Of a stretch of DNA of 64,000 nucleotides, positions 20,563-30,832 are shown piece after piece. Source of the DNA: a plasmid. How positions within the stretch are numbered: position 1 is the stretch's first letter; every line of letters starts with the position of its first letter. The DNA lies in sequence record NZ_CP020440.2; one strand, 5' to 3'. The notes below the pieces were generated by a model. That model searched no databases, was not told the DNA's origin, and saw only the letters and a list, made by a program, of their open reading frames with translations. The position numbers and the translations under genes are program-made.

Positions 20563-21303
20563 ATGATCCGAGCGGTTCTCGTCACGGCCGTCGCTTTCGC
20601 CGCCGCCTGGGGGGCAGGGGCCCCGGACCTCGGACGCCATCCGGTGCAGTCCGGGACCGATGGCGCGGCCCCGGCCCACGCTGTCCCGCAAATGCAGCCG
20701 CAATCCCCGGCGACCGGCTTTCAGGCCTTGGGCGCGGCCTTCGATCGCGCCAACCGGGCGCTGATGCGGTCAGGGCCGCTGCCCGAAACCGCCGCCCGGC
20801 CGGCGATGCGGCCGACCGGGATCGGGACGGACCGGCCATTTGCGCGGCCCGCCACGGCGGGGCAGATCGCACGGGGCGCCCGCATTCCGCCGCCGCCGGC
20901 CTCTCTGCGCAATGCAAGCGACCTGTCCTGCATCGCCGTCGCCATCTATCACGAGGCCCGAAACCAGGACGACTTCGGCCAGCGGGCCATCGCCTCGGTC
21001 ATCCTGCAGCGCGCGGCTCTGTCGCGGCGTTGGGGCGATACGGCCTGCGACATCGTCGTTCCCAGGCAGTTCAGCTTCATGACCTCGCGCTACGATTACC
21101 CGCCGATCGACGACATGAGGGCCTGGAAGAAGGCCGTGCGCCTTGCCGCCCGCGTCATGATCGAGGGTCCGATGCCCGAACTGAAGGGGGCGGATCACTA
21201 TCACGCCAAGGCCGTCACCCCCGACTGGGCGTCGAGCATGGTCCGCGTCCGTCTGGTGGGCGACCACATCTTCTATGTCGATCCCCGCTCCTCGGCGATC
21301 TAG
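20563..21303 (+). CDS. SleB-family cell wall hydrolase (secreted)
   Basis: Signal peptide, a Pro/Ala-rich linker, and the C-terminal hydrolase_2 domain motifs AIYHEARNQ ... VILQR ... QFSFM. Confidence 0.75.
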   Translation: MIRAVLVTAVAFAAAWGAGAPDLGRHPVQSGTDGAAPAHAVPQMQPQSPATGFQALGAAFDRANRALMRSGPLPETAARPAMRPTGIGTDRPFARPATAGQIARGARIPPPPASLRNASDLSCIAVAIYHEARNQDDFGQRAIASVILQRAALSRRWGDTACDIVVPRQFSFMTSRYDYPPIDDMRAWKKAVRLAARVMIEGPMPELKGADHYHAKAVTPDWASSMVRVRLVGDHIFYVDPRSSAI

Positions 21304-21566
21304 CAGCGCTCCGGCCGGTAGCGACAGGTGTTGAAAGCGGCACGCCCCCGCGACATGAGCGCTGACCCGGCCTCGCTTTCCGAAAAGCGGATAGCGCGTC
21401 GCCCGGCTGGCCGGGTGGGGTGAAGGTGGCAGGCCGGGATAAGCACCCATGCCCCACCGCAAGCAGCCCCCCGCACAATTCTGAAACGATTACTTTGAAA
21501 GCAAGAAGCGGAGTGCCGAGGGGTCTCGCTCGGCGATATCCCTGCCGAGAACCAGGCAGAAAAGGC

Positions 21567-22325
21567 ATGCGAGATATGGCTTTACTTGAAGGCAAGGTTG
21601 CCATCGTCACCGGCGCATCTTCCGGCATCGGACGCGCCGTGGCGCTGATGTTTGCCGAACAGGGCGCGGCGGTCGTCCTGGCCGCGCGACGCAAAGCGCG
21701 GCTGGATGAGGTGGCAGACGAAATCCGCGGCAAGGGAGGACGGGCCCATGCGTCCGCCGGAGACATTGGCCTTCCGGAAACCCATGCGCGCCTTGTCGCG
21801 GAGGCGATACGCGAATTCGGGGGCCTCGACATCGCGATCAACAATGCCGGCACCGTGGGCGTGGCAAAACCGCTTGCCGAAATCGCGCCGGAAGACTGGC
21901 AGCAGACGCTGACCACCAACCTGACGGCGGCCTATCTGGGCGCCCGCAGCCAGATACCCGCCATGCTTGCGCGTGGCGGCGGCTCTATCGTCTTCACGTC
22001 CAGCTTCGTCGGAACCAGCGTCGGCATTCCCGGCATGGCCGCTTATGGCGCATCGAAGGCCGGGTTGATGGGCCTGGTGAAGGGGATCGCCGCCGATTAT
22101 GCGGCGCAAGGCATCCGGGCGAACGCTCTGCTGCCGGGCGGTGTCGACACCGAGATGGCGGGCGACCAGAGCCAGAAGGATTGGGCGGCTGGGCTTCATG
22201 CCATGAAGCGGATCGCTCGACCCGAGGAGCTTGCCTCTGCTGCTCTTTTTCTGGCCAGCTCCATGGCCAGCTTCGTCACCGGGTCAGCATTGTTCGCGGA
22301 TGGGGGCAATGCCGCCGTGAAGTGA
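21567..22325 (+). CDS. SDR-family NAD(P)-dependent oxidoreductase
   Basis: TGASSGIGRAV cofactor motif, NNAG, and the catalytic YGASK. Confidence 0.85.
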   Translation: MRDMALLEGKVAIVTGASSGIGRAVALMFAEQGAAVVLAARRKARLDEVADEIRGKGGRAHASAGDIGLPETHARLVAEAIREFGGLDIAINNAGTVGVAKPLAEIAPEDWQQTLTTNLTAAYLGARSQIPAMLARGGGSIVFTSSFVGTSVGIPGMAAYGASKAGLMGLVKGIAADYAAQGIRANALLPGGVDTEMAGDQSQKDWAAGLHAMKRIARPEELASAALFLASSMASFVTGSALFADGGNAAVK

Positions 22326-23200
22326 CAGGCGCCTGGCCAGGAACGGGCGCCCCCGGCATTCGGCCATGAAGCCGTCGAGGATTTGGCCATGTGATCCGAT
22401 CCCCAACGTTAGAGCGCCCGCAGGCAGAGTTTTCCTGCTTCGCTCAGGGTGACGGGCTGGTGCCCCTGATTTCGTCAGCATGATCGGGACCTTGTTGCCG
22501 ATCGCGCCATGTGGCCGTTCCTCGTTGTAGTATCTTCGCCAAGCCTCCAACTTTTCTGGCGCATCCGCAAGGGTGAGGAACCAGCGCTGGTTCGGACATT
22601 CGGCCCTGAACCTGCCGTTGAATGCCTCGATGAAGGCGTTGTCGGTGGGCTTGCCGGGTCGGGAGAAGTCAAGGACGACCCCGCGCTGGTAAGCCCAGAG
22701 GTCCATGTCGCGGGAGATGAACTCGCTACCCTGATCGACGCGGATCGTCTTGGGATAGCCCGCCGTTCGGCAGACTCGGTCGAGCGTCGTAACGACGTCC
22801 TCGCTTCGGTCGCTGCAGCGCACGTCGAGCACGGGCATATAACGCGAGGACGTGTCGACCACGGTTAGAACCCGCAACTTCTTGCCCGTCGCCAGCTGGT
22901 CATGCACGAAGTCCATCGCCCAGACGTCGTTCGGTCCGACAGCCTCGACACGGTCATCCCGCAGCTTCGCCTTTACACGTCGCTTGGGCGTCTTGTGCCT
23001 GAGCTGCATGCCCAACTCCTCGTAGATGCGATAGACTTTCTTGACGTTGATGCCCCAGCCTTCACGGTCGAGCAGGACGTGAACGCGTCGATAACCATAC
23101 CGAACCCGCGTCTCAAAGATCTCCCGGATCCGCTTTGCCACAGCAGCCTGATCGGTGCGGCGGGATTGGGAGTGGAACGTCGAGCGATCAAACCCGATGG
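22284..23200 (-). pseudogene. IS3-family transposase OrfB (integrase core) fragment; orfA and the 5' end are missing and the 3' end is aberrant
   Basis: The DDE integrase core (DVWAMDFV ... TVVDTSSRY ... KPTDNAFIEAFNGRFR ... YNEERPHGAIG) is intact. The 5' side is truncated at about 23200 within the OrfB N-terminal region. The abnormal C-terminal read-through tail overlaps the SDR gene. Confidence 0.75.
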
Positions 23201-23355
23201 CCCCACATACCGTGGTCACCGCCGAGGAGATCGAAGAGCGCGGTATCCGCAGCGTACAGGACGCGCTGCGCGAGGTGCCGGGCGTCGCGGTCAATTCCAC
23301 CGGATCGAGCTTCACCCAGGTCCGCATCCGCGGCGCCGAGGCGAACCATACGCTG
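23197..23355 (+). pseudogene. TonB-dependent receptor plug-domain fragment (about 50 aa only)
   Basis: VVTAEEIEERGIRSVQDALREVPGVAVNSTGSSFTQVRIRGAEANHTLI is a typical TonB-dependent-receptor plug segment. No signal peptide upstream and no barrel downstream, so it is a deletion remnant abutting the IS3 fragment. Confidence 0.6.
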
Positions 23356-23559
23356 ATCCAATCTGGGCCGCCCGGTCATGGACCCGGACAACTTGGTTAT
23401 GGCCGCGATCCTGGCGGCGCATCCCCATCGCGTCGCACTGAGCCGCATCGGCCGGGTCGAGGTCTGGCAAAAGATCGGCGGGCCGGATACCGGCGGCGTG
23501 TCGCTCGTCGGGCCGCATACCCATGTGCTGCAGAAACTCCTGCGGGCGCGGCGCAGACA

Positions 23560-23850
23560 TTTGGCGAACATGCCGATCCCCGGGGGGCTGGTCCCGGTCG
23601 TGGGCTTTCACCCGGCAAGCCCGATCATGGACAGACGAAGCTGAGCCTTGACGAGATGGCGGGACGGCGGGGCCGGCATCGCCCGACGATCTTCCGCGAA
23701 CTCAGCCGCAATTATTTGCATGAAAGCGACATTCCGAAGCTCAATGGCGACTGCTGTGTCGTTGCGCAAAGCTATTCGGATGAACGGCGGACCCGGACAA
23801 CGCAAGCTGGTGCGTGATCCCGGGCTGCGCGACCAGGCCGAGCGATGTCT
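23560..23850 (+). pseudogene. degenerate IS30-family transposase 5' fragment (HTH_38 region), forward copy
   Basis: KLSLDEMAGRRGRHRPTIFRELSRNYLHESDIPKLNGDCCVVA is about 80% identical at nucleotide level, with indels, to the inverted copy at 24000-24330. Confidence 0.55.
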
Positions 23851-23999
23851 GAGGTCCGGCTGGGCAGACCGCATAACCGGAGCTTCACCTGATCCGGACC
23901 AATCCAGGCGGATGTCCAGACGAGGGTGCCGCCACCGAGAAGATTTTTCGGGCTGCTCACAATACATTTTCAGTCCAGCGAAAATAGAGGCGTATTATG

Positions 24000-24395
24000 G
24001 CTCGACCTGGTCGCGCAAACCGGGGTCGCGCACCAGCTTGCGCCGCCGCGTCCGTCGCCCGTCCGAATAGCTTTACGCCACGACACACCAGTAGCCGCTG
24101 AGCTTCGGGATGTCGCTGTCGTGGAAATGATTGCGGCGAAGCTCGCGGAAGATCGTCGAGCGGTGCCGGCCGAGCCTGTGCGCCATCTCGTCAGGGCTCA
24201 GCTTCATCTGCCGCCAGCGCTCGATCTTGCGGCGTTCCGAAAGGGAAAGGTGGGAAAACCGAACCTTCATTCCTATGCTCCTTTCATGGCTCAACCCATT
24301 GTTGAGCACAGAAAGTCGCATTTCAGGATAGCACGTATCCCCTCTACAGCAAGAAAATTAATAATTGGATTTATGTAATATATATTTGGCTCTGG
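24000..24395 (-). mobile_element. IS30-family element 5' end (left-end region plus an 82-aa N-terminal HTH fragment of the transposase at 24073-24321)
   Basis: LSLSERRKIERWRQMKLSPDEMAHRLGRHRSTIFRELRRN is the IS30 transposase N-terminal HTH, with a stop after 82 aa. An AT-rich block (24340-24390) lies upstream. Confidence 0.6.
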
Positions 24396-24783
24396 CGACC
24401 AAAGGGGCCGCTGATCGGCCGAACAAAAGGCGGCATGAACACCAAGCTGCATGCTGTCGCCGATGGGCGCCCGACCCGGTTCTTCATGACCGCAGGCCAA
24501 GTCAGCGATTACACCGGCGCGGCGGCCCTGCTGGGTAGCTTGCCCAAAGCGGAATGGTTGCTGGCTGACCGGGGCTACGACGCTGATTGGTTCAGAGATG
24601 CTTTTAAATACAGGGGGTTAAAGCCATGCATCCCGGGCAGGACGTCGCGGGGCGAACCTGTCAAGGACGATAAGCACCGCTACAAACGCCGCAACCGGAT
24701 CGAGATCATGTTCGGCAGGCTGAAGGACTGGCGCAGGGTCGCCACCCGCTACGGCAGATACCCCAAGGTCTTCCTCTCCGCAG
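24396..24783 (+). pseudogene. IS5-family (IS427-like) transposase C-terminal fragment
   Basis: GRLIGRTKGGMNTKLHAVADGRP ... ADRGYDADWFR ... RNRIEIMFGRLKDWRRVATRYGRY is the C-terminal half of an IS5-group DDE transposase. Truncated 5' by the IS30 fragment and 3' by the IS256 end. Confidence 0.7.
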
Positions 24784-26115
24784 GGTCACGTCTGTCAAGC
24801 TGGTGTAAATTCCGTGATAGCCTGAGGGCATGATCAGGCGGCTTTCGTGGTTATGCTGAGAATGGGGTCGATTTCCTCCTTGTCGATCTGAGCGAAGGCC
24901 TCGACCATCATGTAGCGGCTCGAGGTCTGCCATTCGTCGTTGGCTTCGAAGAGCACGGCGCCGATCAGCCGCATGATCGAGGCCTCGATGGGGAGTGAGG
25001 GCATGACTGCCATTGGTTCGAAGGAGTGCCCGAACGCCGACGACGTCGGCGCGGCGCTTCACCTCCTTGTTCAGGCGCTCGATCGGGTTGGTGCTGTGCA
25101 GCTTGGTGCGATGCTGGCGCGGGAAGGACATGCAGGCCAGCACGTCGTGTTCGCTCCTCGCCATTGGGCTCGAACCATGTATGGATGGCTCCCGCGTGGC
25201 AAGAGGCTTGTTATGTTCGACAACTGGTCGGGTGCGGCCATGTATTCGGCGTCTGATCTGCGGTGATCCCGCGCGCCCTGATGAACGTCCGCCTGAGGCC
25301 CGGGTCCCTATCAATGGCACGCGCTTAAGGCGCTCCGGTCCGAACGGGGTGTCCCTTCCTCATGTCCGTCAGTTTGCCATCATCTCACTCTGCCCTCGCC
25401 ACCTCGTTCAGGCCAGCAGCAGCGGCCTGCAATCCTATCTGCTCAAGCCGGTCTCCAGGCTTCGCCCGTTTTCAGCATGGCCCAGATCGCCCGCGCCATG
25501 CGATTGGCCAAAGCGATGGCTGCAACCTTGAGCGGCTTTGTCGCGACCAGGCGGCCCAGCCAATCTGTGCTGGGTTCAGAAAGCCTGCGCGCGGAGATCA
25601 CGCCCATGGCGCCAAGAGAGAGCAGCCGTCGGATATACCGGTTGCCCATCTTGGAAATGGAGCCCGGCCGTTCCTTGCCGCCACTTGAATGGGGCTTGGG
25701 CGTGAGCCCCAGCCAGGCAGGCAGATCACGGGCTGACCGGAAGCTCGACACATTGGGCAACGTTGCCGCCAGAACGCTGGCGGTAATGGGCCCGATGCCG
25801 GGCATTGTCTGGAGCCGACGGGCTGTCTCGTCCACTTCCGCATCGGCTTTGATCTGAGCCGTCATGACATCGATGCGCTGCTTGGTGTCGCGGAACTGGC
25901 CGGCAAGCAGGTCGAGTGGCATCCGTGCCTCTGGCGGCAGACCAGCTGTCTCAGCCTCGGCAATGAGGCGACCCATGTTATGGACGCCTTTCGGAACGAC
26001 AATGCCGAACTCGCCCAGATGTGCCCGGATCGCGTTGGCAAGTTGTGTCAGCTGACGGACCAGAAAATCACGTGCCCGGTGCTGCATCAGCACCGCCTGC
26101 TGCTTCTCGGTCTTC
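24784..26115. repeat. 1.33-kb direct repeat, identical to 43925-45256 (IS256 3' part plus nested IS110 3' part)
   Basis: The six-frame ORFs are residue-identical between the two copies (offset 19141 bp). Divergence begins exactly at 26115/45256 and outside 24784/43925. Confidence 0.85.
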
Positions 26116-26367
26116 CAGCTCTCGGGCGACACGGGCGCCCGAGATGCTGGTATCGGCGATCATCACTGATCACCAGCCTGACCCCGCCGAGGCCTTGGGC
26201 ATGCAATGAGCGCAAGAACTCGGTCCAGAACGTCTCGGCCTCGGACGGGCCGATCCCCAGGCCGATGATCTCCCGGCGCTCCTCGGTGCTCGCGGCCACA
26301 GCAATTATCGCCGCGACCGGCACGATTTGGACCTGTCGCGTATTTATGCCGCGCCAAGTGCCCGTTT
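24784..26367 (-). mobile_element. IS256-family element remnant (copy 1) carrying a 5'-deleted nested IS110-family element; its left side is interrupted at 26367
   Basis: Right terminal IR GGTCACGTCTGTCAAGCTGGTGTAAATT at 24784. IS256 transposase C-terminus (FPRQHRTKLHSTNPIERLNKEVKRR) with a frameshift. IS110 transposase C-terminal 229 aa at 25443-26132. IS256 mid-region (VAAIIAVAASTEERREIIGLGIGPSEAETFWTEFLRSL) at 26087-26323. Deletion junction near 26115-26160. Confidence 0.7.
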
Positions 26368-27897
26368 AGACCCCATGATCGCCGAGTGAGTTGACTGGGT
26401 CTGTGGCCTCTCCCGCGGCATTCTCCGTTCGAGGGTTGCGCCAGATTGGCTGGTGCCGAGCCTCAAGAATGGGGGAGAGACCGCATGGAGCATACCACGT
26501 TTATCGGGCTGGACGTCCACAAGGCGTCGATCTCGGTCGCCGTTGCGCAGGGCATGCGCGGCGGCGAGGTCCGACACCTGGGATCGGTCCCGAACCGTCC
26601 GGATCACATTCGCAAGCTGGTGGAGAAGCTGGCCTCGGCTGGGGCGCAACTGCAGTTCTGTTACGAGGCCGGTCCCTGCGGCTATGGCCTGCACCGCCAG
26701 CTTGTTGCGATGGGGCACGACTGCAGCGTGATCGCGCCCTCGCTGATCCCGTTGAAGGCCGGAGATCGGATAAAGACCGACCGTCGCGACGCGGTGATGC
26801 TGGCCAAGCTGCATCGAGCGGGTGAGCTGACGGCGGTCTGGGTGCCGGATGCGGCACATGAGGCGATGCGCGATCTGGTCCGCGCGCGGGCGACGGCGAT
26901 GCGGGTGGCGGGCAAGGCGCGCCAGCATCTGCAGGGCTTCCTGCTTCGCCACAGCCGGATCTATCCCGGCAAAAAGGGTTGGACCGGGGCTTACCGGCGC
27001 TGGCTTGCGCTGGTCCGCTTCACGCATCCGGCGCAACAGATCGTCCTGCAGGATTACATCGACGCGGTCGCCGATGCCGAGGCGCGGGTCGAGCGGCTGA
27101 CAGAACAGATCGCGGACCTGCTGCCGCACTGGAGCCTTGCGCCGGTTGTGGAGGCCGTCCAAGCGATGCGTGGGGTTGGGTTCATCGTTGCCGTGACGGT
27201 GGTGGCCGAGGTGGGCGACTTCGGGCGTTTCGATACGCCGCGTCAGTTGATGGCCTATTTGGGGCTGACGCCCTCGGAACATTCCAGCGGTGCCAGCGTG
27301 CGGCGGGGCGGGATCACCAAGGCAGGCAGCGGTCTCGCCAGGCGCGCGCTGATCGAGGGGGCCTGGAGCTACCGGATGCAGGCGCGGATCAGCGTGAAGC
27401 TGCTGGCCCGGCTCGAGGCCTTGCCCAAGGTGGTGCGCGACATCGCCTGGAAGGGTCAGCTCCGGATGTGCCAGCGCTACCGGCACCTGATCGCGGTCGG
27501 CAAGGCGAAGGTCGTGGCGGTGACCGCGATCGCGCGCGAGATGCTGGGCTTTGTCTGGGCCATCGCCCGGGCCGTGACTGCGCCACCCGCCAGCCCGGAC
27601 GCCACTGCAGCCTAAAGAAGGGAAGATCGCCCAGATCAGGCCGATGCACAGGGCTGGGGGCGGAACGCGGTGGGGAACCCTCGTGCCCTGTTATGGGCCG
27701 ACACAGTCGATGCCCGATCTTTAGACCGAGGCAGCCCCAGGACGTAACCACGGTCATGCGGTAGCCAACCCGCGCATGAGAGCTTGCTCAACCGTCGTCT
27801 CGGTTCCGCCTCCTGCCCTGCGCATCCACATCACGACGGGCCCGGCAAAGCCGGATTAAACGTCATGGAATAAGGGGTTGACTGCGATCATGAGAAC
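26368..27897 (+). mobile_element. IS110/IS1111-family insertion sequence, copy A (left arm of a 1.5-kb inverted repeat)
   Basis: DEDD-type transposase and about 280 bp of non-coding 3' region. The whole arm is repeated in inverted orientation at 29276-30832. The boundary with the central IS5-like element is not resolved. Confidence 0.7.
26485..27615 (+). CDS. IS110-family (DEDD) transposase, 376 aa
   Basis: N-terminal IGLDVHK motif and the C-terminal IS116/IS110/IS902 domain (MRGVGFIVAVTVVAEVGDFGRF ... LGLTPSEHSSG). GGGGGAGAG RBS. 99.7% identical to the 29555-30724 copy. Confidence 0.85.
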   Translation: MEHTTFIGLDVHKASISVAVAQGMRGGEVRHLGSVPNRPDHIRKLVEKLASAGAQLQFCYEAGPCGYGLHRQLVAMGHDCSVIAPSLIPLKAGDRIKTDRRDAVMLAKLHRAGELTAVWVPDAAHEAMRDLVRARATAMRVAGKARQHLQGFLLRHSRIYPGKKGWTGAYRRWLALVRFTHPAQQIVLQDYIDAVADAEARVERLTEQIADLLPHWSLAPVVEAVQAMRGVGFIVAVTVVAEVGDFGRFDTPRQLMAYLGLTPSEHSSGASVRRGGITKAGSGLARRALIEGAWSYRMQARISVKLLARLEALPKVVRDIAWKGQLRMCQRYRHLIAVGKAKVVAVTAIAREMLGFVWAIARAVTAPPASPDATAA

Positions 27898-29275
27898 AGG
27901 GTGCTGAAGAAGTTGGGCCTTGGCGCCATGTGAAGAACATGATTCAGCCCTCGCAGGCTTTAGCGGGGGGCGGTAATGCGCGGAGCGGACGAGACGAGCG
28001 GATCGCTGTTCAGCCATGTCGATCTGGAGGCGCGTATTCCGGCGCATCCGCTGCGGAAGATCCGGCAGGTGGTCAACGACGCGCTCGCGAGCCTCGACGC
28101 GGAGTTCGAGGCTGTTTACACCGACTTCGGTCGCCCCTCGATCCCGCCGGAACGGCTGATCCGGGCGAGCCTGATCCAGATCCTGTTTTCGGTCCGGTCG
28201 GAGCGGCAGCTGATGGAACAGATGCACTACAACCTGCTGTTCAGGTGGTTTGTCGGCCTTGGGATCGATGACCCCGTGTGGGTCCCCACGGCTTCACCAA
28301 GAATCGGGACCGCCTGTTGACGACCGAGATGTCGCGCAAGGTGATGGCGGCGATCTTGGCTCATTGCGATGTCGCGCCGCTTTTGTCGGACGAGCACTTC
28401 TCGGTTGACGGCACGCTGGTCAAGGCCTGGGCTTCGATGAAGAGCTTCCAGCCCAAGGCCGCCGACACGCCGCCCGACGACGATCCGGGCGGCCTGCCCG
28501 GACTCGACAGCGCCGCCAAAGACCACCCCGAACAGCCCCCTTCCGAAACCGCACCGATGCCCCGCCCCGACCGCCAGTCCCGCAATGCCGAGGTCGACTT
28601 CCGGGGTGAGAAGCGGTCGAATGCGACGCATGTCTCGACCACCGATCCCGACGCGCGGCTTTACAAGAAGTCGCCCGGCACCGGCGCGATGCTGTGCTTC
28701 ATCGGCCATACCCTGATGGAGAACCGGAGCGGCCTGATCGTGCAGGCCGATCTCACTCGGGCCGACGGCCATGCAGAACGCCGGGCGGCGCTGTCGCTGA
28801 TCCACGCCCATTCTCCGGGCTCCACCCGTCAACTGACGCTCGGCGCGGACCGGGGCTACGACGTGGCCGCCTTCGTTCGCGACCTGCGCCAGGCCTGCGT
28901 TACGCCCCATGTCGCGCGAAAATCTCGGCACTCGGCGATCGACGGCCGCACGACCCGACACGCGGGCTATGCCCTGTCCCAGAAGCATCGCAAACGGATC
29001 GAGGAGCCCTTTGGCTGGGGCAAGACCGTCGGCGGCCTCGCCCAGACCGTCTACCGCGGCGTCGAACGGGTCGGGGCCCACTTCATCCTGACGATGACCG
29101 CCAGCAACCTCGCCCGGCTGCCCCGATTGCTAGGGGCAGGACCGAAAGCGGGAAGCAAAATCATCACGCCCGCGGCCCGGACCGCGGGCCAAGGCCACGC
29201 CGACGCCCCAAGATCGGGAAACCCTCCCAGTTCGGCGACTAATTCAGCGGCCTGCTACTAATTCAGCGGCCTGCT
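27898..29275 (+). mobile_element. IS5/IS1182-family insertion sequence (transposase interrupted by a frameshift) at the centre of the palindromic block
   Basis: Imperfect terminal IRs at both inner junctions. A tandem 19-bp duplication (ACTAATTCAGCGGCCTGCT x2) at the right end. Confidence 0.6.
27976..29261 (+). pseudogene. IS5-family transposase (InsH N-terminal DUF772 plus DDE domain) with a frameshift at about 28270
   Basis: N-terminal part 27976-28320 (RIPAHPLRKIRQVV ... LLFRWFVGLGIDDPVW). C-terminal part 28278-29261 in the -1 frame (GFTKNRDRLLT ... DGTLVKAWASMKSF ... ADRGYD). No slippery heptamer at the shift. Confidence 0.7.
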
Positions 29276-30832
29276 CTCATGATCGCAGTCAACCCCTTAT
29301 TCCATGACGTTTAATCCGGCTTTGCCGGGCCCGTCGTGATGTGGATGCGCAGGGCAGGAGGCGGAACCGAGACGACGGTTGAGCAAGCTCTCATGCGCGG
29401 GTTGGCTACCGCATGACCGTGGTTACGTCCTGGGGCTGCCTCGGTCTAAAGATCGGGCATCGACTGTGTCGGCCCATAACAGGGCACGAGGGTTCCCCAC
29501 CGCGTTCCGCCCCCAGCCCTGTGCATCGGCCTGATCTGGGCGATCTTCCCTTCTTTAGGCTGCAGTGGCGTCCGGGCTGGCGGGTGGCGCAGTCACGGCC
29601 CGGGCGATGGCCCAGACAAAGCCCAGCATCTCGCGCGCGATCGCGGTCACCGCCACGACCTTCGCCTTGCCGACCGCGATCAGGTGCCGGTAGCGCTGGC
29701 ACATCCGGAGCTGACCCTTCCAGGCGATGTCGCGCACCACCTTGGGCAAGGCCTCGAGCCGGGCCAGCAGCTTCACGCTGATCCGCGCCTGCATCCGGTA
29801 GCTCCAGGCCCCCTCGATCAGCGCGCGCCTGGCGAGACCGCTGCCTGCCTTGGTGATCCCGCCCCGCCGCACGCTGGCACCGCTGGAATGTTCCGAGGGC
29901 GTCAGCCCCAAATAGGCCATCAACTGACGCGGCGTATCGAAACGCCCGAAGTCGCCCACCTCGGCCACCACCGTCACGGCAACGATGAACCCAACCCCAC
30001 GCATCGCTTGGACGGCCTCCACAACCGGCGCAAGGCTCCAGTGCGGCAGCAGGTCCGCGATCTGTTCTGTCAGCCGCTCGACCCGCGCCTCGGCATCGGC
30101 GACCGCGTCGATGTAATCCTGCAGGACGATCTGTTGCGCCGGATGCGTGAAGCGGACCAGCGCAAGCCAGCGCCGGTAAGCCCCGGTCCAACCCTTTTTG
30201 CCGGGATAGATCCGGCTGTGGCGAAGCAGGAAGCCCTGCAGATGCTGGCGCGCCTTGCCCGCCACCCGCATCGCCGTCGCCCGCGCGCGGACCAGATCGC
30301 GCATCGCCTCATGTGCCGCATCCGGCACCCAGACCGCCGTCAGCTCACCCGCTCGATGCAGCTTGGCCAGCATCACCGCGTCGCGACGGTCGGTCTTTAC
30401 CCGATCTCCGGCCTTCAACGGGATCAGCGAGGGCGCGATCACGCTGCAGTCGTGCCCCATCGCAACAAGCTGGCGGTGCAGGCCATAGCCGCAGGGACCG
30501 GCCTCGTAACAGAACTGCAGTTGCGCCCCAGCCGAGGCCAGCTTCTCCACCAGCTTGCGAATGTGATCCGGACGGTTCGGGACCGATCCCAGGTGTCGGA
30601 CCTCGCCGCCGCGCATGCCCTGCGCAACGGCGACCGAGATCGACGCCTTGTGGACGTCCAGCCCGATAAACGTGGTATGCTCCATGCGGTCTCTCCCCCA
30701 TTCTTGAGGCTCGGCACCAGCCAATCTGGCGCAACCCTCGAACGGAGAATGCCGCGGGAGAGGCCACAGACCCAGTCAACTCACTCGGCGATCATGGGGT
30801 CTAAGCTGACTTTCAGTTCGAAGGCGACGGGC
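29276..30832 (-). mobile_element. IS110/IS1111-family insertion sequence, copy B (right arm of the inverted repeat)
   Basis: Reverse complement of 26368-27897. Outer flank is an IS3 fragment. Confidence 0.7.
29555..30724 (-). CDS. IS110-family (DEDD) transposase, copy B
   Basis: Identical to the 26485-27615 product except for one residue (I/V). Confidence 0.85.
   Translation of the reverse strand: MAGAEPQEWGRDRMEHTTFIGLDVHKASISVAVAQGMRGGEVRHLGSVPNRPDHIRKLVEKLASAGAQLQFCYEAGPCGYGLHRQLVAMGHDCSVIAPSLIPLKAGDRVKTDRRDAVMLAKLHRAGELTAVWVPDAAHEAMRDLVRARATAMRVAGKARQHLQGFLLRHSRIYPGKKGWTGAYRRWLALVRFTHPAQQIVLQDYIDAVADAEARVERLTEQIADLLPHWSLAPVVEAVQAMRGVGFIVAVTVVAEVGDFGRFDTPRQLMAYLGLTPSEHSSGASVRRGGITKAGSGLARRALIEGAWSYRMQARISVKLLARLEALPKVVRDIAWKGQLRMCQRYRHLIAVGKAKVVAVTAIAREMLGFVWAIARAVTAPPASPDATAA

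Noticed and set aside
23378-23644. 88-aa ORF (MDPDNLVMAAILAAHPHRVALSRIGRVEVWQKIGGPD...)
   Set aside because: Overlaps, in another frame, the degenerate IS30 N-terminal copy and the decayed TonB-receptor remnant. No motif; likely non-coding.
25150-25200. tRNA-like GGTTCGAGCCC (T-loop-like) on the minus strand
   Set aside because: No acceptor stem/anticodon arm can be built around it. It lies inside the 3' non-coding region of the IS110 element (present in both copies), so it is more plausibly part of the element's structured RNA.
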